This document shows, piece by piece, positions 37,293 to 49,473 of a stretch of DNA of 64,000 bases. The notes under the pieces are model-generated. The model had not been told where the DNA came from and did not search any database. It saw only the letters and a program-made list of their open reading frames with translations. Source of the stretch: Marsupella aquatica (lineage: Eukaryota; Plantae; Marchantiophyta); contig OZ316897.1 of NCBI GenBank assembly GCA_973895155.1, positions 15,375,375-15,439,374 on the forward strand, in the 5' to 3' direction. Position 1 is the stretch's first letter, and each line of letters starts with the position of its first letter. A program made the translations under genes and the position numbers.

Positions 37293-38006
37293 CTATTTGA
37301 AATCATGAGGTGGCACATCAGAACTCTCTGGAATGACATGGCGATTGCAGTACACTATACGCAATGGACCAATATCCCACGTTTCTCTACCCTTCACCCC
37401 TCTCTTGAGGTGTTTGTCTGCCTCTGGTCCCTCATCCCTGCACCACGCACAAGGGCACCTACGACACTGGATGAATTCCCAGATGCCATCCCGATACTCC
37501 TTGCAAACATCACAATAATGCCTTGGGCATATCAGAGCAGCGGGATGTGCATCTGAGTTTTGTGCGTACCCCAGGAGAGGCAACTCCCTTGCCCTCAGTA
37601 TGGTCCGCAGACAACCCACGTGATAAAAAGAAGAGCAGTCATCTTGTGCACACTGGACCACAAGGGGCTCATCTGCAGTGGGCTTTACGGTTCGGCCAAG
37701 TAGTCCACAAGCAAAGCAACGACCTTGGTTCTGCTGACAGAGGTCACAGAGCCACTCCTTGGCCCAATCATGCCCTCTAGAAATGGCAACGGGTGTGCAC
37801 TCAGGCCCATGGCCATCAGGCTCCTGAGGAGCTTGCTGGCCATGAACTAAGTAATGGAAATGACGACTGCAAGGCCCATCGCAGAACAAAACAGTACCTC
37901 CCTCATCACATTCAAAACAACAAGGGGGATCCAAGCGAAGGTGTTCTTTATGGGCAAACTTTGGATCTAGCCAGGCAGCAGCAGCTCGTGCCATGCCCGA
38001 TGTCAT
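37293..38006 (-). CDS. Stand-alone EDM2/NSD-type triple PHD-finger protein (237 aa), cargo of CACTA-1
   Basis: CFECDEGG..LFCDGPCSRHFH...CDLC / CFACG...CAQDDCSSFYHVGC...CPRHYCDVC...CRRCP...IVYCNRH, collinear with the EDM2 composite PHD as recalled; splice acceptor 8 nt upstream of the ATG. Confidence 0.82.
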   Translation of the reverse strand: MTSGMARAAAAWLDPKFAHKEHLRLDPPCCFECDEGGTVLFCDGPCSRHFHYLVHGQQAPQEPDGHGPECTPVAISRGHDWAKEWLCDLCQQNQGRCFACGLLGRTVKPTADEPLVVQCAQDDCSSFYHVGCLRTILRARELPLLGYAQNSDAHPAALICPRHYCDVCKEYRDGIWEFIQCRRCPCAWCRDEGPEADKHLKRGVKGRETWDIGPLRIVYCNRHVIPESSDVPPHDFK

Positions 38007-41000
38007 GCGTGGATCTGCACAATTACCTTGAATATTACAAGAAGTGTATGGAGAAGGGCAACAGACAAGTACAAAGATGGTATTTGGACATAGTGTACTT
38101 ACCGTAAGAGGTCTTAATACAAATCAGGAGATGTCATGCCCACCTCGATCTCACGGAGTACAAGCAATGTCAAAAATAACTTGGCTTTGGCTTAAGGGTG
38201 CTCTGCACAGAGAGCAAGCAGTTCAGGGTTTAGTGTCAGGCAGACTTGGAAAAAATATTCAGAAGAGTCAAAGAGAAGTTTATTCAAAAAGGCAACCACT
38301 GTGAAGACCATAGAGCATACAAATTAAATATTGTTCACTGAAATTGTACTCATTCAATACTTGTTGGAGCAGGTAGAATTCAGTAGCGACTGGGGATAGT
38401 ATAGACAGGGCTGTAGCTCTTCTTGGGGGGGGGGCTAACTACATCGGATTAAAACCTCTATCCTTTTAAAAACTCATTTAAACATTCACAGGTCTTACTT
38501 GCACAAAGAAAGGAACTGGTATACTGGCCACTGCACACAAGTCATTATCTGAGTACAGTGGACTGGGCCCCCCTTCACTGAGAAACAAGCTCACCTCCAC
38601 ATCAAGTCACCACTGTAGAAAGTCACCACAACTCTTAAAATGATGTTCTTTCAAGGATTTAGGGATTTTATTCAGAGTCTCTTGGGGCCGCCTTGTTACT
38701 TAGTGAAGAAAAAAAAGTCAAGACGACTCAATTAAGCATTTTCTAAATTCAAGAAAAATAAATCTCAACAGCAACCCAATCGATCACAACAACAAACACA
38801 CGACATGGATGCAAGCAAGTCCACCTCCACTGGAGCCTTCTTGTGTAGCAGCACCACCAAACAAGGGTCCAATCGTCCTTAGAATCCCTGGATGCTGCAG
38901 CCTATGGGAATGCAGCTTTAGGGTTATCCAATACTAACCGCACCGGTGCAGCAACAAGTCTCTTCAGATATGCAGGTCCAATGTCAGTCCAACACAATCA
39001 TGTAAGAAATGGAACGTAAAATTTGATGGCACAATATCCAGATGGCATGAAAGATGCCTTTGTGACTTATGGCAATTTGCGTAGCTTAAATTCACTAGGA
39101 TGTTCCACAAAAAATAAGTACCAGCAACAGGAAGAACACAAAGAATGGGCAACCAATTCAATAGTCCAACAATCTAGACACCTCTGACAGCATCGCAAAA
39201 AATTTGTAAGACTGCTCTCTAGTATTTGAGCACAAGATACTTACAGATGGTGCAAATTGTAAAACAGAGCTCCAATCCTCCTTAGAATCTTTGGATGATG
39301 CAGGCAGGAATGCAGCTCCAATGCAGATCCAATCGCACCTCAGCAACAACTAGTCTCTTTAGATATGCACGTATGTCCAACACAGGTAAGAAACGAGAAT
39401 ACAGTCAGAAATTATTGCATGCAGGAGGAGTAGGATAGAACGGGGGATACAAGGAAAAAACAGCTTTTCTTTCCCTAAGCTTGAGGATGCAATCCTCTTG
39501 GACTCACCTTGCTGGTCGTCGCAACTCCAATGCCCACCTCCAATCGGCTCCACATTCAATCTGTAGTAAATGAGTATACTGCATGACAGAGCACAGTAAG
39601 CAGAGTATGAGAAAAGACAAAAATTGAGGTATGGCCAGACAAGGACAGAAACTGAACAAAAATGAATAGAAAATGAACAAGAATACAGTCAGGAACGCAA
39701 ACTTCTGGAGAGCAACAGAGAGCATTGAAGAGGAATCGATCATTAAAGTTTTTTAAGACTCAGAGCAATGTTGGTAGAAATAGGAAGCTTGAAATAAGAG
39801 ACGAGAGTCTGCGGAACACTTGATGTGATGAAGCCGCTGTGTGTGGCATCAAGCAACTTCAAGGACAGACAAAGCAAGTAGTAGGCCACAGTCTATTCTA
39901 GTGCTTGGGACACACAGGGTATCTCTAATGCATGTCCACCTTCATCGCAGCTCGAAGCACAACATCGAAGCACAACATTGCAACACGGCCAGATACTTAC
40001 TTGGGGGACGTAGTGCCACATAAATTGGACAGAGAATGTGCAACTATCCACTGACTCCAATCATCCAGGTCATACCTTTGAGGTGGAAGTCGCAAGAGGT
40101 TGCGCTCTGTAGCAGCTTGCGAGCAATGGCGTTGCAGCAGCGTTGCAGGTTGGAGGCAGCTACAACATTGAAGGTCCCGGGTCTCAACTTGCACATACAG
40201 GAGCTTGCGCTCTGTAGATAGTCCGAGGGAGCAACGGTGTTGCAGAGTCCTTTCTCCACCAAGCTCGCTCTGTAAGCAGCCAACCTTAGTGACAAGAAGC
40301 TACAAGTTTCCACTGAGCAAGCTGAGTTCCACTGAGCTGGTTCTCAAAAACCTTTGCAGTCAAAATAAGGCAATCCTCCAATGAAGAGCTTGGTCTCAAC
40401 CTCCAAGCGCAAACCTCCCCATGGTGAAACTCGCACCTCCCACATAACAACTCATCACTCTCCCATTTTGCAAGAGGTTGCCCTCGATGATGGTAGCAGC
40501 TATCCTCCTACCTGCCTCGACCCGGGGCCTCGACAATGGCAGCCAAGCGCAGCGGCCCTCCTAGTGGCCCTCCTTCAATGTCTACCCACGAATGCAGCAC
40601 CAAGGTCGATCGACTCCCCATAGTTTAGTCCGTTGACTCCCCGCAGCACCAAGGTCGCACCTTGACTCCCTGCAGCACCAAGGTTGCGCACTCACTTCCC
40701 ACAGCACCAACTGAAGGTCGCACCTTGACTCCCCGCTTATCGCTACGAGGAAACTCACAGCCCTAATGTTGTCGGGTGACAATGTGAGAGCACTCTGCCT
40801 GAGCACGCACTGCCTTGCAACGGTAAACCCTTCACGTAAACCTGCACCAACTGGGACACAAAACGCAACATTCGATATGCTGTTCTCGATGTTTGACCGG
40901 ACTAAGGAAGGCATCCAATGCGAGGTAGTGTAAAATAACATTCCTGTGCAAAGGGCCACGATTGCATGAGGGGATGATTATAGATGCTACATAGACGGTC

Positions 41001-41424
41001 CAGATGCTGTGATCCTATCCCCCATCAAAAGACTTGGGAGACCCTTAGGAAAGGGGGGGGGCATGTGCACCTTAAACCATTACTCATTATGACCCCCAAA
41101 ACATATAAATACATACAAGGGGGAGCTTATTGATTGATGAGGTCTTGGGGGCGAGCTTGGGGGTATGTTTAGAAGGATCCCATTCAAACATAATTGTGGA
41201 CTGACTTAGTCTAATTTTAACACTTCACCCTAAACCCTGCCCTTTTATGAACATAATTATGCATGTTCCGTCGTACACCCTATATATATCATTGTTTTGT
41301 GTATGTAACTCATGGTCGGCTCCTACCATCAATATGGCGGAATACGTCATCAAGGGGTGTAATGAGTCATATTGTGTGTGGCTTACATGATTGTTGCATT
41401 GTCATCAATGACCATTTTTTGTAA

Positions 41425-43900
41425 GTCGTACAACTTGGGAGTGTTTTGCCCAAAGTTGAGTGATGCCCTTCCATGATGCAGAATGTGCGTGTTAAAAAGT
41501 GTTGTGGAAGCCAACTGGCATAACTAGTGGCCGAGGGTTGTCAAATACCCCATTCCGCACCATGTGGAGTGGGTAGCATCCCTAATGGCCGGCTACAATC
41601 ACGGATATTGCAAATTAGCCCCCGAAACTCCCAACGGGTCATATTGTCCATGGCATGCTTGACTGCCGCATTGACATCATCAATGACTTGTTTTTGTGTC
41701 ATACGCAGGAATGACATATCCTATGACTCTATAAATGACAAAAATATTCAGTCACTTGCATAAATGACGCAAAATCCCTTGCAAATGCCAAAATATGAGT
41801 GGTTTGCACCCCTTTGGGCAAATGACTTGAAAGTCGTACAACTTGGGAGTGTTTTGCCCAAAGTTGGGTGATGCCCTATCATTGTGCAAAAGTTTGGTCA
41901 TAAAAACTATTGCTTTGCCAATTAGTGATAACTAGTGGCCCAGGATTGAGGGGCACCCTATCCCACACCATGTGGAGTGGGTAGCATGCTCAATGGCGGG
42001 CCCCTATCACCAACAATGGCCGATCAGCGGCCTGAGTTCCAGAAGAGTCATATTGTCCATGGCATGCATGACTGCTACATTGACATGAACAATGACTCGT
42101 TTCCGTGTCATTTGAATAAATGACATATCCTAGCACTCATAAAATGACCAACACAATGACTGACAGGCACAATTGACTGAAAATGGCTTGGGAATGACCA
42201 TATGGGAGTGATTTGGACCCCTTTGGGCAAATGACTCCAAAGTCATACAACTTGGGAGTGTTTTGCCCAAAGTTGGGCCATGCCCTTCCATGATGCAAAA
42301 TGTGTGTGTTAAAAAGTGTTGTGGAGGCCAAGTCGCATAACTAGTGGAGTGATGCCCTTCCATGATCCACTAATTGGGCTCAACCCTGGGCCACTGAGTG
42401 ATGCCCTTCCATGATCCAGAAGTGGCCCAGGGTTGGTGAGTACCCTGTCGCACACCATGTGGAGTGGGTAGCATCCCTAATGGTGGGCTACAATCATGGA
42501 TATGGCCAGTCAACCCCCGGAGGCCCCAAAGAGTCATATTGTCCATGGTATGCAGGACTGCACTATTGACATCATGAATGACCCCTATTTGTGTCATTTG
42601 CTCATATGACATCCCCTGGCACTACATAAATGACAAAAACTTTGAGTCAATCGCACAAATGACTCTATATCCCTTGCAAATGACAAAATGCGAGTGGTTT
42701 GCACCCCTTTGGGCAAATGACTCCAAAGTCATACAACTTGGGAGTGTTTTGCCCAAAGTTGGGCCATGCCCTTCCATGATGCAAAATGTGTGTGTTAAAA
42801 AGTGTTGTGGAGGCCAAGTGGCATAACTAGTGGCCCAGGGTTGGTGAGTACCCTGTCGCACACCATGTGGAGTGGGTAGCATCCCTAATGGTGGGCTACA
42901 ATCATGGATATGGCCAGTCGACCCCCGGAGGCCCCAAAGAGTCATATTGTCCATGGCATGCATGACTACAACAGTGACATCATGAATGACCTATTTTTGT
43001 GTCATTTGCATGAATGTCGTCTCCCAACACTCCCTAAATGACACAAACCCTTAGTCACGTGCACAAATGACTTTAGATCCCTTGCCAATGACGAACAATA
43101 GTGGTTTGCACCCCTTTGGGCAAATGACTCCAAAGTCATACAACTTGGGAGTGTTTTGCCCAAAGTTGGGTGATGCCCTTCCGCAATGTAAACTGTGTGT
43201 TTTAAAAAGTGTTGTGGAGGCCAAGTGGCATAACTAGTGGCTCAGGGTGTACAAGTACCCCATCCCGCACCATGTGGAGTGGGTAGCATCCCTAATGGCC
43301 AGCTGCAATCACAGATATTGCGAATAAGCCCCCAAAGGCCCCAAGGAGTCATATTGTCCATGGCATGCTTGACTGCCGCATTGACATCATCAATGACTTA
43401 TTTTTGTGTCATTTGCTTAAATGACACCCCTCGGCACTCCACAAATGACAAAAACCTTTAGTCACACACACAAATGACTCAAGATCCCTTGCAAATGACC
43501 AAATTAGAATGATTTGCACCCCTTTGGGCAAATGACTCCAAAGTCATACAACTTGGGAGTGTTTTGCCCAAAGTTGGGTGATGCCCTTCCATGATGCAAA
43601 ATGTGTATTTTAAAAAGTGTTGTGGAGGCCAAGTGGCATAACTAGTGGCCTAGGGTTGTCAAGTACCCTATCCCGCACCATGTGAAGTGGGTATCATCCT
43701 TAATGGCCGGCCCCTATCACCAATGGGGTCAATCAGCCACCAAAGGCTCTTAAGAGTCATATTCTGCATGGCATACATGACCACAACATTGACATCCCAA
43801 ATGACATTTGCATAAATGACATCTAGCGGCACTTGTCAAATGACTAGAAAGTTGAGTGAGGGTAAAAATGATTGGGAATCCTTTGCAAATAACATGAATA
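41425..43900. repeat. Six ~408-bp tandem units inside CACTA-1
   Basis: GTCRTACAACTTGGGAGTGTTTTGCCCAAAG starts at 41425, 41833, 42242, 42728, 43135 and 43543. Confidence 0.95.
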
Positions 43901-44735
43901 ATATATTGAAAAAAATGACATGAGCAAATATAGGCATGTAGTACCTAAATTCTAAACCTTAAACCCTAGACCTATGCTAGAGAGTGTTATTTGGCAACCT
44001 TGCATGCCCCCGTATATACTCAAACATGTGAAATGTGAATACAGCTTAAGGAATGTAAACACTTCAGGAGTCCTTGGCATATATAGGAAAGATGTAATGA
44101 ATGGGTGCAAGTATATATTTAAATGTACATACTTATTAGAGATTATCAAGCCTTTAAGTTGTGCATCAATTTAATGATGAGACTCACAACAAAAGAAGGC
44201 TTGTTAGGTCTCTAAATGTATTTCAAATCTAATACGTGAGTGCCACTAGTCTTTATATATACTACCATACATTTTGGATGACTAATCATACCCTAAACCC
44301 TAAAACATATACTAAACCATAAACCTCAAAATAGTCATATGTTGTTTATCATGTCATTTATCACTTTTGGTTTAAATGACTACTAACATTTTTAAACACT
44401 GATATTTGCATATTTGATTTATTAGTCATTAGTCACCGTCGTCTGAAATGACTTCCCATATGTGAAACACTGATATGACAGAGTTTTTGTTAATTGTGTC
44501 ATTCACAAAGACTGTCCAAAATGACTACAACTCATGATTGTTGTCATTATAGCAGTCAAAGTCATTTGGCTCATTGGTTTAAATGACACTATTGCAAGTA
44601 TTAGTCATTTTTTGCACCCCGTCATTTTGGACAGTCATTTCAATGTCATTTATGTTATGTCATTTACATATTTTGTCATTTGAGCACATAAGTCATATGT
44701 GTCATAGTCATAAAAGGCCCCATTTTCTACTAGTG

Positions 44736-45538
44736 GTTGGTCCATCCGAAGAGCGCCCTTTTCCACCCATATCATCCACAATAATGTCTTGACAAGAGAA
44801 AATCCCATACCCATGCCTCTCCCCTAGGGTTGAACTCTTGACAACCCAACGTCTTCCCCAAACTTCTATCTCCTCACCATAGGTTATATCACATGGCAAA
44901 CCAAGGCATTCCGGATTCCAATCCTTTATGATAGGAACACACTTCCCTGTGAAGGTACAAGGGCCCCATCTACCATCAACCCTACAAGTGTACTGATCCA
45001 CTTCCCCTCTAGGCTGTCTTTTTGACTTTTTTTCCCTCTTGTAACAATACCGTCACCCTGAATTGTCCCAACACTACCTTGCCCTGCTGCCACTAAACGA
45101 AAAGCTTGTGAAAGTGCCGAGCCTATAGCATCTAGAACTCCTTGTGAGGGAACATAGGGTGTTGGTGTAGTGGGTGTAGGCCTACTGGATACCTATAGGA
45201 AGAAATGGAACCAAGTGAGTGTGATGAACCTCCCAAATTTTATTTTATGCTACCTAGCAAGATTTACAAAATAAAATGGAAATCACAGTAAGTTTACAAC
45301 TCACCATACGGGATGAAGAAGCTCCCGGTGTAAGACCTCGATGTTGGCCATATCGAGCAATGTGCTCCGCACATACATATGACTTTTGGACAACCATCCC
45401 CACACATTTTTTACAACCACAAAGTTGGCGTGGTGGACCACTAGGTCGACGTACGGTTGGTTCAGGCTGAGGAGGAGGAGGACTTTCTTCATCGGAAGAG
45501 GAATCTGATGTGGTGGAAGTTGTAGAGGATGAAGACAT
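44736..45538 (-). pseudogene. CACTA-2 accessory gene: CxCxxC...H motif plus start of a SET-like domain; exons 45538-45305 and 45192-44736; frameshifted and truncated
   Basis: LCGCKKC...CAEHIARYG; VVKSSTLGERHGYGIFSCQDI resembles the SET N-terminal motif; frameshift in the A7 run at 45027-45033. Confidence 0.55.
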
Positions 45539-45974
45539 CTGACAAGTATAGCAATTGGAAGGCAATTAGTAAAAACTTCACCAAAACCATCATTGATAAT
45601 CCCTACCTAAACATATTAAAAAGAATTGACAGAAAAATACCTTTATGAGACCCGGGCTTAGCAATGCCTTGACGGATCTTGTGGCTCAAATTTCATGAAC
45701 CAAATCTGGAAGGAGGGGAAAATCTGCCAATATACAATGAATTAAGCCATGCCTTATGGTGAACCAGAAAAAAAGGATGATAGATTGTAACCCTCCATAT
45801 TTACAGCAATGACTAGAAATGCATGAGAAAACGTTATACCTTTCATATGCCCGGGCTCTCGCAAGGCATGATCATGCATTAGCCAAAACTTTAAAAAACA
45901 TGGGGAAGTGCTCTACAACGCCAAAGAGTTTTCCACTCCATGTTAATGAGATAGAGAAAGAAATATAAGTAATC

Positions 45975-46930
45975 CAAACCCTACCCTAAACCCAAACCAT
46001 GAAATGAAACCTTCATTAAAACCTAACCCAAATCCCTCAATCACCCTAAACCCTTACCCTCACCCTAACCAATACCCAAATCCCTCATTAAAAATTCAAA
46101 CCTTTACCCTAAACCCAAACCCCTACCTTAAACCCAAACCATGAAATGAAACCCTTCATTAAAACCTAACCCAAATCCCTCAATCACCCTAAACCCTTAC
46201 CCTTATCCTAACCAATACCCAAATCCCTCATTAAAAATTCAAACCTTTACCCTAAACCCAAACCCCTACCCTAAACCCAAACCATGAAATGAAACCCTTC
46301 ATTAAAACCTAACCCAAATCCCTCAAGCACCCTAAACCCTTACCCTTATCCTAACCAATACCCAAATCCCTCATTAAAAATTCAAACCTTTACCCTAAAC
46401 CCAACCCAAATCCCCCAATTACATATAAAACCCTTACCCTATCTACACCTTACTTTACCTATATAGGCCAACCCCCACCCCTATAGTTATTCTAAACTTC
46501 ACCCTAACCCCTACATTGAGGCCCTTTTTTAAAACTTAAGCAAAAATTGTACCCCCTCAATTAGAACCAAATCCAACCCTATATCATGTTACACCCCAAC
46601 CCAAACACTTACATTAGAAACCCAACCCCTTTAAAAAAACCACAATTAAACCCCCCAACTAAAAACCAAACCCAATCCCTTTAAAAAATAACCACAATTC
46701 AACCCCTCAACTAAAACCAAACCCAACCCCTGTAATTACTCACAACCTAATGCAAACCTCTACCTTGAACCCTAAGCCAAACCCATTAATTTAAACCCTA
46801 AGCCAAACCCATTAATTTAAACCCAACCCTTTTATTCCAACCTAACCCAAGTTTTAACCCCCTTAATTAAACCAAATACTCCTACATTAAAACCAAATAT
46901 AAACCTAACCTTTAATTAAACCCAAACCTT
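45975..46930. repeat. Telomere/telobox-like CCCTAAA-rich tract including three ~142-bp units
   Basis: ATGAAATGAAACC at 45999, 46141 and 46284; many ACCCTAAACCC motifs. Confidence 0.9.
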
Positions 46931-47427
46931 TGTTAACTTATATTCTAGTTATCCTTACAACCCAAACATCCATTGACACCCCTTCCATGTTAACTTATGG
47001 GCACTTAACATACCTTAAATATTGTTTGACAAACCTTAATAGCCGTTTGACACCCCAAAGTGTTTTCCAACCCTAAACCGATAAGACCTGCCTCGCAAAT
47101 TATTTCACAAGTTAGAGAATCTTTTTGCGAACCTACGGCCTTCGCACTTACTTTGCAAAAACAGAGGCCGAGAATGATTTTTTGGGTCTTCTGCGGGTTG
47201 CGATGGTCTTGCGAAGGGAATAGATTCGGAAGTGCCTCGCAAGTTGCGAGACTATTTGCGAGGGCACGGGCTTTGCAGTTTCCCATGCGTATGTCATCGC
47301 AAACCCGTTTTTGAACGGCGTAAACATCGGCGGGAGCTCGCATTCGGGCTCATTTCAGTTTTTGAGCGAGACGAGAAGGGCCAGGGCGCGCGCAACAGTA
47401 CGAGGGAGACTGTGAGAGAGGGGAGCT

Positions 47428-49473
47428 ATGGCTACCGGTGAGGGGAGTGGAGGGCAAGGTGGTAGTGGTAGTGGTAGTGGTAGTGGCAATGGGGGAAATC
47501 CAGAGAAAGAGAAGAATGCCTGGGCAGACTTAGTGGCCCAACATCTCAGTGCTGCACAATTGGGAGAAGTGAATCTCAATTCTCCAACAGGGCTTGCCTC
47601 TTTGAGTGCCATTCTTGGACAAGTTTTGCAAACTGGGATTGTAGCAGGACAAGCTACTAGAGAGGGGGAGGAGAGGGCCGCAGCTGAAGAGAAGGCTAGA
47701 GAGAAAAAAGGAAGAGAGAGGAAAGAACTAAGTCGGGAGTTGCCTCTCCTCAAGCCCTAGAGAAGCAGAAGAGAAGAGAGGAGAGAGATTCAATTCAAAA
47801 ACAGAGGGAGGAGCAACGTCAGAAAGAGGAAGCAAGAAAACAACTTCCATTCATTGCCTTGGAGATGAGTGGGACTCCAACTGAGCTAGCGTATGCAGGG
47901 GCTAAGAGCACAATCAAGCAGATTATCACAACCAATTTCTCACGAGGCATGCAGTGGGGGAAGATTGAGAAGGCAGAGCGAAAGAGGGTCATCAACCAAA
48001 TCAAGGATGCATTTCGCAATGGGCCTGACATAGATGAGCAATGGTTGGCAGATAAGATTTCAAATTCTATGTCTCAAATGCGATACCATGACAGGATGAA
48101 GATTAGAGCCCACCTGAAAGACTTGAGATCATACAAGAACTTGCACAGACCCCTCCACTTCACCGAGGACATCTGGAATTCGTTTTACAAGATTGAGGTG
48201 CAAATTAAGGCAGCTCACGAGTTGGAAGAGTGGAAGGCCAATCTAGATCGAGCCTTGAAAGCAAAGGAGGCCGGGAAGCTCCCCCCTGACCACGACCTGA
48301 AGCCACTTGAGTAGAAGGTAGCTGAGATGCAGAAGGTGGCCGACCAGGAGGGAAAGCCACCCAAGCGTTTCACAGATGCAGCCAAACGAGTGAAATCCAC
48401 CCCCAATCCAGTCCACAAGTTGGGTCAAGGCGGGCTCCCCGGCCTCAAGTCACACTTTGTGAGTGCCTCTTGCTCCTCCCTAACCTCTCTATTCCTTTCA
48501 GAGTTGTGCAATGCAAGTGAATGACATCCTCGAATGTTCTTGCTGTTGTGCATGCTTGCTTGGTTACTAGTTTAGGGCAACTTTGACACTTAGAATTTTT
48601 GGCAAATTTTTAAAAACTCTCGGGAACACAGTTTGCGAAGGTGTTGCGATGCGCATTTGTTTGCAAACCCCTCGCAAAGTCTATCATGGACTTTTTCCAT
48701 TTCAATTTTCCGATGCCTTTGCGAACAAATGCGCATCGCAAATTCCATCGCAACGCCTTCGCAAAAAATGTGGTTCGCAAGTTGCCATGCTTATAGGTTC
48801 GCAAATTTGAATTTTAAATTTTTTTTGGGTCGTGTTTAGTAGTTGAGGATTTAGGCGTCACTTGTGGCTATAGGGTATGCTTAAGGGCAAATTTAACCAA
48901 TTTTAATTGGTTTTATGCATGGCAGTATCGGAGGTACAAAAGGAAGATATCAAAAAAGCATATTGAGGTGGCGATAGAGCATGGACGAAAGTACCTCTTT
49001 GCGATGGTAGATGCCGAGTTGGCTACTGTAAGTGTCTAAGTGTGAACCATATGATTAGCATGCGAACATTGTGAGTGACCCTTTATGTCTTGCGGAAACT
49101 AATGATATGTAATGGATGCAGGATTCGGATGAGCCTGAGGGGTCGGGTGCTGATGTGAGCAGTAGTGATGACGATGAGGGGGCTACTCCTGGTACTAGTG
49201 GTGCTCGGGGGGGGGAGTAGTCGTGAGGTAGGTTCTTCCCACTATGGTAGTGGTGGTAGTCGTGTGTCATCAGCACACGTTGATGACCAGGGGGAGGAGG
49301 AGGACCCTGAGGATGAGGAGGAGGAGCAGGAGGGGCAGGAGGGGCAGGAGGAGCAGCAGGAGCAGGAGCGCCGACGGCCATCACGCACCCGTCACCAACA
49401 GGATCCCCGGAAGGATAATGGCAAGAAGCCAGCCAAGAAGCCAACCAAGAGGAGCCGCAAGAGCCCATTCTAG
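47428..49473 (+). pseudogene. TnpA/ORF2-like gene of CACTA-2 (frameshift ~47705, stop 48312); exons ~47428-48458, ~48925-49027, ~49121-49473
   Basis: QWGKI..AERKRVINQIKDAF...W...RPLHFTEDIWNSF...HKLGQGG pattern resembles the CACTA-1 TnpA; acidic then basic C-terminus. Confidence 0.6.

Larger units (their letters stand above)
27952..44735 (-). mobile_element. CACTA/En-Spm transposon 1 (16.8 kb)
   Basis: TIRs CACTAGTGGAAAAT and ATTTTCTACTAGTG; dense ATGAC/GTCAT subterminal motifs at both ends; TnpD- and TnpA-like genes inside. Flanks AAA and GTT do not form a TSD. Confidence 0.92.

Noticed and set aside
41527-43461. Recurrent 64-113 aa ORFs
   Set aside because: Artefacts of the 408-bp array; frames are not conserved between units.
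37293-45538. One NSD-like gene joining the SET-like and PHD pieces
   Set aside because: They lie in different elements separated by a TIR and a satellite, and the order is the reverse of NSD PHD1-3 then SET.
45975-46930. True interstitial telomere
   Set aside because: Degenerate higher-order units inside a transposon, not a (TTTAGGG)n run.
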